Of a stretch of 64,000 bases of DNA, positions 9,006-17,419 are shown piece after piece; the first letter of the stretch is position 1, and each line of letters begins with the position of its first letter. The notes beneath the pieces were generated by a model. That model saw nothing but the letters and a program-made list of their open reading frames with translations, made no database searches and was not told the origin of the DNA. Origin of the DNA: an uncultured Pseudomonadota bacterium (lineage in GTDB: Bacteria; Pseudomonadota; Alphaproteobacteria; Rs-D84); contig CACYHO010000001.1 in the NCBI GenBank assembly GCA_902774285.1, forward strand, positions 73,303 through 137,302, given 5' to 3'. The position numbers were made by a program, and so were the translations under genes.

Positions 9006-10583
9006 CTACAAAATTTTGTTTATTCTTTCTTTAACTCGATTATCACCCAATACTTGCATTACAGAATACAAATCTGGCGTATTAGTCCGACCGGTCATTG
9101 CAACACGCAAATTCATCGCGATTTCACCAGGCTTTAAACCCAATTTTTCCGCCGTATAGACAATTTTTTGCCACCAAGAATCTTTATCATCTTTTATATC
9201 AAATGTTGCCAAGAATTCTTTCAAAGCGTCAACATTATATTCATATTCTTTATTGGCATTAAACAAGAAATCCCAGAAATAAGAAACTTCGTTTAATGTC
9301 TGTTGCCATGTGATAAAATCTTTACGTATACGTTTTGGATTGTCGCGTTCAATAGATAACACAGCTGTCAAATAATCTATATCTGCAACTTGTTTTTTGT
9401 TATCTTCGCTGCCATATTCATTTGCCCAATCAACAACAGATTTTACCAATACATCAACCGGCAATGTGGCAATATATTCTTTGGCCCACCATTCCAATTT
9501 TTTCATATCGAACAGCGATCCAGACATTGGTATCTTCTTTGGCTTTAACTCATAATCCCAAAAAGACTTAACCTGCCCTTTCATTTTTGCTTCTTCATAA
9601 CCGGATGCCAAAATATTACCAAGATAATCTATCACAGATTCTGTTGGCCAACCTTCTTGCAAGAAAAATTCAACATTTGCTTCTGGATCTTTACGTTTTG
9701 ACAGTTTTCTTTGCTTGCCTGTTTCAGCATCAATTTTATCCAATGTTGCAGTATGAATATATTTAGGCAATTCCCATCCCATCATATGAAACATTTGAAT
9801 ATGTAAAGCAACGGTTCCAAAATATTCTTCACCACGAACAACATGTGTTACACGCATAAAATGGTCATCACACAAATGTGCAAAATGATATGTCGGCAAT
9901 CTATCTGTAGATTTAATTAAAACAATATCTTCATTGTTTTCTGGTACAGATATAGATCCACGTACAGAATCTTTAAAGAAAATACGTTTGTTTATATCAC
10001 CCATTGAATACAAACGAACAGAAGGAGTTTCTCCATTATCAAGATGTTTGATTATATCTTCTTCACTTATATCTCTATCGCGAGCATATTCACCATAAAT
10101 ACCTGTTGCCAAACCATTTAATTTTTGTTTTTCACGAAGGGCGTCCATTTCTTCTTGGGTTAAAAAGCAAGGATAAGCCCAACCTTTTTCCAATAAATAC
10201 GCAGCAACTGAATGATAAATATCTTTACGTTGTGATTGATAATACGGACCATAATCAGCAACATCATTATCGTTTTTAATACCAAATTCAGACAAAGAAT
10301 TAATTATGATATCAACTGCTTCTTTGATTTCACGTTTTGTATCTGTATCTTCTATGCGCAACAAAAACAACCCACCAGATTGTTTTGCCAATTTATAGTC
10401 TATCAAAGTACTATATAAACCACCCAAGTGCATATACCCTGTTGGACTTGGTGCAAAACGTGTCACCATTGCGCCTTCTGGTAATTGGCGTGGTGGATAT
10501 TTTGCTTCCAATTCTTCCAATGTATATTTTGGGACACCGCCCAATACACGCGCTATTAAATCTTTCGATAGTCCGTTACGCAT
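9006..10583 (-). CDS. gltX: Glutamate--tRNA ligase
   Basis: Class I HIGH region (RFAPSPTGYMHLGG) and a KMSKS-type KLSKRK motif; GluRS-like length and layout. Confidence 0.9.
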   Translation of the reverse strand: MRNGLSKDLIARVLGGVPKYTLEELEAKYPPRQLPEGAMVTRFAPSPTGYMHLGGLYSTLIDYKLAKQSGGLFLLRIEDTDTKREIKEAVDIIINSLSEFGIKNDNDVADYGPYYQSQRKDIYHSVAAYLLEKGWAYPCFLTQEEMDALREKQKLNGLATGIYGEYARDRDISEEDIIKHLDNGETPSVRLYSMGDINKRIFFKDSVRGSISVPENNEDIVLIKSTDRLPTYHFAHLCDDHFMRVTHVVRGEEYFGTVALHIQMFHMMGWELPKYIHTATLDKIDAETGKQRKLSKRKDPEANVEFFLQEGWPTESVIDYLGNILASGYEEAKMKGQVKSFWDYELKPKKIPMSGSLFDMKKLEWWAKEYIATLPVDVLVKSVVDWANEYGSEDNKKQVADIDYLTAVLSIERDNPKRIRKDFITWQQTLNEVSYFWDFLFNANKEYEYNVDALKEFLATFDIKDDKDSWWQKIVYTAEKLGLKPGEIAMNLRVAMTGRTNTPDLYSVMQVLGDNRVKERINKIL

Positions 10584-10631
10584 TTTTTATTTCACCTTGT
10601 TTTTATAACAAACTGATTTTATACTAATTAT

Positions 10632-11306
10632 ATGGAAAAACAAGAATTAAAAAATTTTGAATCACAAAATTTGCGAACTTTTGGGCGCAGACATGGTAAG
10701 AAGTTATCTAACCGCAAACAATGGCTTATGGATAATTTGTTGCCAGATATCGCACCAAAATCACAAAATTTTGGCAAAAAACCGCTTATTTTAGAAATAG
10801 GTTTTGGCAATGGCGAACATTTGCGCGACCTAGCGATACAAAATCCAGATTCAATTATTATTGGCGCAGAACCATTTGCAAACGGTGTTGCCGCCCTGCT
10901 TTCCGCTATTACAAACGAATCGGATAATACATTATTTGATGAATATAAAAACATTAGAGTTTGGCCAGACGATGTTCGTTTGATATTAGAAGACGACACA
11001 TTCAAAGATATCAAATTTGATGAAATTTGGGTTTTGCACCCTGACCCATGGCCAAAGGCAAGACACGAAAAACGTCGCCTGTTAAACCATAATTTTTTAA
11101 ATCTGTTGTCTAAATTTATGGATAAAAACAGCCAGATTATTATAGGTACAGACCATTGGGAATATTACGATTGGATTGTGGAACAATTAAAACAAACCAA
11201 TCTTGTTATAAAATCAACAGAATTAGATACTATACAGACCAGATATCAATTGAAAAACAAGGCCGGAACAACAAACCCAAAATATTTGATTTTATCAATT
11301 AATTAG
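10632..11306 (+). CDS. trmB: tRNA (guanine-N7)-methyltransferase
   Basis: LEIGFGNGEHL SAM-binding motif and HPDPWPKARHEKRRL, typical of TrmB. Confidence 0.85.
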   Translation: MEKQELKNFESQNLRTFGRRHGKKLSNRKQWLMDNLLPDIAPKSQNFGKKPLILEIGFGNGEHLRDLAIQNPDSIIIGAEPFANGVAALLSAITNESDNTLFDEYKNIRVWPDDVRLILEDDTFKDIKFDEIWVLHPDPWPKARHEKRRLLNHNFLNLLSKFMDKNSQIIIGTDHWEYYDWIVEQLKQTNLVIKSTELDTIQTRYQLKNKAGTTNPKYLILSIN

Positions 11307-11992
11307 TAATCAAGAAAAAATCTTAATTTGTCGTTTAATTCAGGGCGCAAACATTCTGTAAGTCGGATAACTTGATCTATCCTGTCAAAGTTATTCCCCA
11401 ATATAAAATGTAATTCACCGTCAAAATCAAAATGTTGCAAAAGCCCATAAATGCGACCAACAAAATCAGAACGATTGCCCATATCTTCATTCAAAGTAAG
11501 AGTTAAAGCATTTGCACGAATATCACGCAATTTTTGGAATATAAAATTAAGACTGTTGATGTCTATATCTTCTGTATCCATCGCAATACATAAATCATGT
11601 CCAAAAAACAAATCGTCCCGCACTATTTCTAATTTATTTATAAACTGTTCAAAATATTGCATTTTGATAAATATTTGAACCCCGTCCGCCCCAGATTTAC
11701 AGACGTTTGTTATTTTTGCACCCAATGCATACATGTCTTCATCTATATCATTAGATACAGGATTAAAATCATAACGTGTTAAAACCTTAACGTCTGTTTT
11801 TTCAAGATACATCCAAACATTAGCGACCATTTCTGCCGGCACAGATATTAAATGCACACCATTGTTAACAATATTGTCACACATTATTGCTAAATCATTG
11901 GTGTCTGCCATATTTTCGCACCAAACAGCAATTCTTTTGTCCGAATCAGAAAAAATTTCGTTTATCTCTATCATTTTATTCCAGTTTATCAT
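11303..11992 (-). CDS. Hypothetical cytoplasmic protein (possible degenerate DeoC-like TIM-barrel)
   Basis: 229-aa ORF. HLISVP...GADGVQIFI loosely parallels the DeoC layout, but Lys is absent at the positions I align to the Schiff-base lysines. The family call is weak. Confidence 0.45.
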   Translation of the reverse strand: MINWNKMIEINEIFSDSDKRIAVWCENMADTNDLAIMCDNIVNNGVHLISVPAEMVANVWMYLEKTDVKVLTRYDFNPVSNDIDEDMYALGAKITNVCKSGADGVQIFIKMQYFEQFINKLEIVRDDLFFGHDLCIAMDTEDIDINSLNFIFQKLRDIRANALTLTLNEDMGNRSDFVGRIYGLLQHFDFDGELHFILGNNFDRIDQVIRLTECLRPELNDKLRFFLDY

Positions 11993-12016
11993 AAAATATG
12001 ATAGAATAGAAACGAA

Positions 12017-12898
12017 ATGAAAAACAAATTAGAACATATTTTATTATCTGCACTTTTGGGGCTATCTGTTTTGCTAGGCTTGTCTTTTTGGTTAAATACA
12101 ATATTCAGTTTCAATTTATTTTGCCCTGCACATTGGGAAGAATTTGCAAAATTACAGGCTTCGCACACACCAATCACAACTGGTTTTTATGTGTCTTTTG
12201 CCGTTGCTATCTTTTTATTTGCAATTGGAATTTATTTGATATATCGCCCAACAACGCATCATGTTGTTACACAAACGCAAAAAGACGATATTGTTAGAGC
12301 GCCTGTTATTACCAACATCCATCAAGAACAGACAGAAAAAGAACAAATTGTTGTACAAACATTACCTGTAAGTCGTCCGCCGCGTTTAAATTTACCAAAT
12401 AATATGGCACAGATTGTTGCACAAAACAATCAACACAAAGAACCATCTCCAACCAAAAATCAACAGGACAAACCTTCAGAAAACCCTTATAATCCGATAG
12501 TATCAGAAATATTTGCAAGTGCAGGATATATTATAAAACCAAACCCAACCATTTCTGATTTTGTTCCAAATTTGTTTGCGATCGGTGCTAATGAAATAGT
12601 CTGGATTGGTGGCATAGATTGTGATGTTGAAAAAATTATGAATGCTGTCGAAAAACTACAATCTGTATTCCAAAGCACTTTGGAAGACATACCAATCAAT
12701 GTAAACGCGTTTGTTTTGGATACGATTAACCGATACGATTCTGAAAATTCATCTATGTTAATATTCAAATCAATCGATGAATTAAAAGAATTTGTTTCAG
12801 AACACCCTGCTGATAAAATAGCAGACGAAGAACAAGAAAGTTTTGATTCTTATTCTGAATATATTGATACAATAATACAATATATTAAAAACTTATAG
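12017..12898 (+). CDS. Membrane-anchored hypothetical protein (N-terminal TM helices, Q/P/N-rich linker, C-terminal globular domain)
   Basis: TM helices LLSALLGLSVLLGLSFWL and FYVSFAVAIFLFAIGIYLIY, then a low-complexity linker (QEQTEKEQ...NNQHKEPSPTKNQQDKPSENP), then a ~130-aa domain. It is the first gene of a tight operon. Confidence 0.6.
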   Translation: MKNKLEHILLSALLGLSVLLGLSFWLNTIFSFNLFCPAHWEEFAKLQASHTPITTGFYVSFAVAIFLFAIGIYLIYRPTTHHVVTQTQKDDIVRAPVITNIHQEQTEKEQIVVQTLPVSRPPRLNLPNNMAQIVAQNNQHKEPSPTKNQQDKPSENPYNPIVSEIFASAGYIIKPNPTISDFVPNLFAIGANEIVWIGGIDCDVEKIMNAVEKLQSVFQSTLEDIPINVNAFVLDTINRYDSENSSMLIFKSIDELKEFVSEHPADKIADEEQESFDSYSEYIDTIIQYIKNL

Positions 12899-12911
12899 GG
12901 GACATATAATA

Positions 12912-13418
12912 ATGCAATTAAACGAACATTCTGCAATAGAAAGACTTAGTATGCTGGGAATGGACGATTTGCCCGTAATTGCATATGAACCAAAAAAATG
13001 TTCTTTGGATAATGATTGGTTTAAAAAATATTCTGCATTACGTCATGAATTTTTATCATCGCTTACAGATTCAATTGAAGAAATAGCTTTTATGAATCTT
13101 TCTCAAGAAGATTTTATAAATCTAATTATGGGAAAATCTTTACCAGATAATGTATCTATAAGATTCAGAATACCTTTGCTTTGGGGTGGTGATTTAGATA
13201 TATCAAACATGTTTTTATGTTGGACATTTCCGCACTCTCATAATATGGATCGTTTCATAATAGAACAAAGTGATGCAAAAACAATTTATTTACCCCACCC
13301 AGAAAAAAAAGTATATATTACATCTCACACTGGCGGTGGTGGCGATGGTGGAAACGCAACATCGGACAGATTAAGTCAAATGGCTTTCAATGCAATATCA
13401 GGACGCGGAAACGAATAA
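12912..13418 (+). CDS. Degenerate HNH (beta-beta-alpha-Me)-like protein
   Basis: SD AGGGGA lies upstream. SIRFRIPLLWGGDLDISNMFLCWTFPHSHNMD aligns by eye with the HNH motif HHIIPLSxGGxDxxSNLxxLCxxCHxxxH, but FR replaces HH and the CxxC is missing. Confidence 0.55.
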   Translation: MQLNEHSAIERLSMLGMDDLPVIAYEPKKCSLDNDWFKKYSALRHEFLSSLTDSIEEIAFMNLSQEDFINLIMGKSLPDNVSIRFRIPLLWGGDLDISNMFLCWTFPHSHNMDRFIIEQSDAKTIYLPHPEKKVYITSHTGGGGDGGNATSDRLSQMAFNAISGRGNE

Positions 13419-13419
13419 A

Positions 13420-13854
13420 ATGAAAAAAGAAGAATTTTTATCTTTGATAAAATCACGTGGGGCAACAATTTTTGCCCGTGGCAATTTAACAGATATAAGT
13501 ATTGCGAACACAAATTTGCAAAATATGCGTGCCGCAATGTTACCTTCTTTTCTACAAGATTTTTACACAACTTGCTTCGGCGCATCTTTGGGATCTGCAT
13601 GTGTATTTGGACCAACAGAAATAGATCGTGGCACCAAATACCCATTACCAGATATTGCAAAAATTAACAAAGATATTGTCGGTAATAAAAATCTTTTTGG
13701 TAAAACAGTTTTTGGAAGAAACGACTTGTTTTGGTTTGCATTTGATACATATGGTAATTGTTTTATGTTGGACAATTTAACATTATCTGTTTTAAGAAAA
13801 TACGACGATCCATATCGCGCAATGCTTGATTGCTTAATTGTTGGGAAAATATAA
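13420..13854 (+). CDS. SMI1/KNR4 (SUKH)-like protein, possible immunity-type partner
   Basis: The ATG at 13420 is 1 nt after the upstream stop. LPSFLQDFYTTCFGASLGSACVFG and FGRNDLFWFAFDTYGNCFMLD resemble the SUKH pattern. The call is tentative. Confidence 0.45.
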   Translation: MKKEEFLSLIKSRGATIFARGNLTDISIANTNLQNMRAAMLPSFLQDFYTTCFGASLGSACVFGPTEIDRGTKYPLPDIAKINKDIVGNKNLFGKTVFGRNDLFWFAFDTYGNCFMLDNLTLSVLRKYDDPYRAMLDCLIVGKI

Positions 13855-13855
13855 A

Positions 13856-14068
13856 ATGCATAAAATATCAGTATCTTTATCTGGACACCAAACCAGTATA
13901 TCATTGGAAAAAGAATTTTGCGATGTGTTGCAACACATTGCAAAAATACGCAATATATCAATTGCTTCTATTATAAAAAACATTGATGAAAATCGCGATC
14001 CAAAATCTAATCTTTCTTCTGAAATAAGGATATGGATATTGAAGCAAATATTGAAAACATCAAAATAA
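13856..14068 (+). CDS. Ribbon-helix-helix (RHH_4-type) protein
   Basis: The ATG at 13856 is 1 nt after the upstream stop. ISVSLSGHQTSISLEKEFCDVLQHIA...NLSSEIRIWIL matches the alphaproteobacterial RHH_4 pattern (S-V-x-L-x-G-H-x-T-S-x-S-L-E ... NLSSAIR). Confidence 0.65.
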   Translation: MHKISVSLSGHQTSISLEKEFCDVLQHIAKIRNISIASIIKNIDENRDPKSNLSSEIRIWILKQILKTSK

Positions 14069-16010
14069 ATATCATCCATAAATCACGTCCCAATATTCTG
14101 TATGGCGTATCATGTGCGCCCCATACAAAACCGTCCAAAGAACCAGTTTCCCCAGCCGGTATAGTCGATATAATATTTCCATCTGCCCCAATAAATGCAC
14201 TTATACCAGAATAGTTAGATCGAACAACTGGAACGCCTGATTCAATAGCATATCTGCGAACCATATCAAGATGCTGATATATTCCTGGTGTTAAACCAAA
14301 CCAAGTATCATTTGTTATATTGATAATGGCATCTGGCGTCGTTCCTGTTGGAATCAAAGAATCAGTAAATATAATTTCATAACAAATCGCCGGGGCAAAA
14401 GTAAAATCACCCTTGTTTGTATTTATTGTTATTAATTCTTTACCATTGCCTCGACTTAATTGACCTGGGGTTGGTATAATATCACCAAACGGTCTGTATT
14501 CACCAAATGGAACCAAATGAGATTTACTATATAAATGTTTAACAACACCTGTCTTATCAGCAATGACCATCGAATTATATAAATTTCCACCACTATAAGA
14601 GTTTGTTCCCATAATAACATTTGTATTTAATACACGCGACAAAGGAAAACTCTTATCAACAACAGTATATGGATATGCTGTTTCTGGGTACACAATTAAA
14701 TCTGGGGATTCGCTTTTATCTTCTGTTGCCCAAACAAACAAATCACGTATTTTTTGTTTTGCTATATTTTGTGCTTCTTCTTTTGATGTCGGCATCTTGT
14801 ATACGGCAGATTTTGCCGGTTGCACAATTCTTATTAACGGTGCCTTGTGCATATTATCAGATAAAATCATATTGTGATATCCGGCAACACAACCAATTAA
14901 AAACAGCACAATGTACAAACCAAAAACAAACCAATTTGATTTTTGATTTTTACGAACTAATTCAACAAAAGCAGCGATCAATCCAATTATAACAAAACTT
15001 AATCCCATCGCACCCCACAAAGACATTGAATTAACAACCATTGGTATATTCATTGTTATGTTTGCAATTGGATTCCACGGAAAACCAGTTAAAAACCATT
15101 CGCGTCCCCATAAAACAAGAGTCCAAGCACACGCAAACAAAATCGCCCTTTGCGCAGGATTCCTTGAAACATAACGAACAACAGCAAATGGTAAAGAAAG
15201 TATCGCACCACATAATAAACCTATTCCGATCAGTGCTGGTAATGTCCATATTGCGAATTGTGCAGCAAGTTCTGGAATCACATATATAGAATTTAAAACC
15301 CACCAGAACATCGCGATACCATAACAAGCACCAAAAGGGAACGCAAATAAATAAGATTTCCAAAAACTGATATGATTTGTTTGTTTGGTGGTTAAGGCAT
15401 ACATTGCACCAATACCAAATAAAGATAATACCCATAAATTAAATGGTGCAAAACCTAACGATGTTATAACACCTAAAATCGCAGCCGTTATATACCACCA
15501 AAAACTGTTTTCACGAATTTTTATAGACCTTAATTTATTGATGAATTTACAAGATCCACAAGATAAATCACATGCGCAAACTTCATCAATATAAGGATCT
15601 TTATATCCCAACTTTTTTAATATTTTTATTTCTTTATCTTCCATAACTTTAGCATCTTTGTCCTTAATATGATCATATCCTTGCAAATGTAACATTCCAT
15701 GAACAATCATATGCGCCGTATGTTCTTCAACAGAAATACCGGCAACTTTTGCTTCGCGTTTAACAGTATCAAGTGATATAAAAATATCACCCAGCAAAAC
15801 ATCATCGCCTAATTCAAAAGATAAAACATTTGTCGGCTTATCAATACCACGATATTGTTTATTTAATTTATGAATTTGTTTATCATCAATCAAAGTAATT
15901 GAAACTTCAGCGTTTTTGTGGATTGGTAACACAGCAGCATTTGCGATTTTTTCAAAATCTATTTTATATTTTTTCCATGCTTTATCTTCTGTATTTACAT
16001 AAACCTGCAT
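14007..16010 (-). CDS. ybeY-lnt: In-frame fusion of YbeY endoribonuclease (N-terminal ~140 aa) and apolipoprotein N-acyltransferase Lnt (C-terminal ~500 aa)
   Basis: HMIVHGMLHLQGYDH zinc motif and NVLSFE (YbeY), then multi-TM plus CN-hydrolase domain motifs (YPETAYP, YSKSHLVPFGEY, ICYEIIF; Lnt). There is no stop and no in-frame ATG/GTG/TTG between the domains. Confidence 0.85.
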   Translation of the reverse strand: MQVYVNTEDKAWKKYKIDFEKIANAAVLPIHKNAEVSITLIDDKQIHKLNKQYRGIDKPTNVLSFELGDDVLLGDIFISLDTVKREAKVAGISVEEHTAHMIVHGMLHLQGYDHIKDKDAKVMEDKEIKILKKLGYKDPYIDEVCACDLSCGSCKFINKLRSIKIRENSFWWYITAAILGVITSLGFAPFNLWVLSLFGIGAMYALTTKQTNHISFWKSYLFAFPFGACYGIAMFWWVLNSIYVIPELAAQFAIWTLPALIGIGLLCGAILSLPFAVVRYVSRNPAQRAILFACAWTLVLWGREWFLTGFPWNPIANITMNIPMVVNSMSLWGAMGLSFVIIGLIAAFVELVRKNQKSNWFVFGLYIVLFLIGCVAGYHNMILSDNMHKAPLIRIVQPAKSAVYKMPTSKEEAQNIAKQKIRDLFVWATEDKSESPDLIVYPETAYPYTVVDKSFPLSRVLNTNVIMGTNSYSGGNLYNSMVIADKTGVVKHLYSKSHLVPFGEYRPFGDIIPTPGQLSRGNGKELITINTNKGDFTFAPAICYEIIFTDSLIPTGTTPDAIINITNDTWFGLTPGIYQHLDMVRRYAIESGVPVVRSNYSGISAFIGADGNIISTIPAGETGSLDGFVWGAHDTPYRILGRDLWMIFILMFSIFASISISLFQKKD

Positions 16011-16085
16011 TTTATTTTTCCTTCATTTTCTGGTTATCTGCCACAAATAAAAGCAACGCAACATTTAAAATTCTTATTAAGCGAC

Positions 16086-16114
16086 TTGATAATCATTTGT
16101 TTTTTTACTATGAT
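16086..16114 (+). promoter_or_regulatory. Sigma70-type promoter candidate for rarA
   Basis: TTGATA (16086-16091), 17-nt spacer, TATGAT (16109-16114), about 40 nt upstream of the ATG at 16156. Confidence 0.4.
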
Positions 16115-16155
16115 ACATTATATCACAAATAGACATTAAATAAAACAAAACTGAA

Positions 16156-17412
16156 ATGACACGACCACTTGCAGATTTAATGCGCCCACAAACTATAGAC
16201 GACATTGTCGGTCAATCAGATTTATTGGGTGAAAACGGCATAATTCACAGAATGGTTGCAAGTGGCAATTTATCAAACTTACTTTTATGGGGACCGCCGG
16301 GATGTGGAAAAACCACAATAGCACGCGCATTGGCTAATTCTGTTGATATGGATTTTGTGCCATTATCTGCTGTATTTTCTGGAACAGCGGATATAAAAAA
16401 AGTAATGGATGTTGCGCGACAAAACCATAACATTGGTCGAAACACTTTATTATTTATTGATGAAATTCACAGATTTAATAAAACACAACAAGATACTCTT
16501 TTACCGTATCTTGAAGACGGCACGGTGACCTTCATTGGTGCAACAACAGAAAACCCAAGTTTTAATTTAAATAACGCCCTACTTTCAAGATGTCATATTG
16601 GCGTATTAAAACCACTGTCTACGGCAGATTTATTGGTTTTACTTGAACGCGCAGAAAAATTTTTAGACAAAAAATTACCGTTAACTAAAGACGCAAAAAC
16701 TCATCTTGTTCAAATGGCAGATGGCGATGCAAGATTTCTGTTAAACACAATAGAATATATCTCTGGTGCAAAATTTAAAAAAGATTTAAATGCGGACAAA
16801 TTAAATGAGATTATTCAAAAACGCGCACCTATGTCTGATAAAAGTGGCGATGAACATTATAATTTGATTTCCGCTGTTCATAAATCATTACGTTCATCAG
16901 ATACAGATGCCGCACTTTATTGGGTTGCACGAATGATTACATCCGGTCAAGATCCACGATATGTTTTACGTCGCCTTACACGTTTTGCAATGGAAGATGT
17001 TGGTTTGGCAGATCCTAATGCAATGCAAATTGCTTTATCTGCCTGGCAAATTTATGAACGAATGGGATCACCAGAAGGCGATATAGCTTTGACAGAATTG
17101 GTGATATATTTAGCAACAGCTCCTAAAAGCATTTCTGCCTATAAGGCACAAATGGCATCGTATAGCACAGCTCGTAATACAGGTTCATTAATGCCACCAA
17201 AAAATATATTAAACGCACCAACCAAGATGATGAAAAATCTTGGATATGGTGATGGTTATATATACGATCCAGAAACAGAAACTGGATGCAGTGGTCAAAA
17301 TTGTTTTCCAGAAAATATGGAACGTGTAAGTTTTTACAAACCGGTTGAACGCGGTTTTGAACGCGAAATCAAAAAACGTTTTGATTATTGGAATTCTTTT
17401 CGTAAAAAATAA
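16156..17412 (+). CDS. rarA: Replication-associated recombination protein A (AAA+ ATPase)
   Basis: LLLWGPPGCGKTT Walker A, LFIDEIHRFNK Walker B/sensor, and the MgsA C-terminal domain (HYNLISAVHKSLRSSD, ALYWVARM). Confidence 0.92.
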   Translation: MTRPLADLMRPQTIDDIVGQSDLLGENGIIHRMVASGNLSNLLLWGPPGCGKTTIARALANSVDMDFVPLSAVFSGTADIKKVMDVARQNHNIGRNTLLFIDEIHRFNKTQQDTLLPYLEDGTVTFIGATTENPSFNLNNALLSRCHIGVLKPLSTADLLVLLERAEKFLDKKLPLTKDAKTHLVQMADGDARFLLNTIEYISGAKFKKDLNADKLNEIIQKRAPMSDKSGDEHYNLISAVHKSLRSSDTDAALYWVARMITSGQDPRYVLRRLTRFAMEDVGLADPNAMQIALSAWQIYERMGSPEGDIALTELVIYLATAPKSISAYKAQMASYSTARNTGSLMPPKNILNAPTKMMKNLGYGDGYIYDPETETGCSGQNCFPENMERVSFYKPVERGFEREIKKRFDYWNSFRKK

Positions 17413-17419
17413 TATTTAA

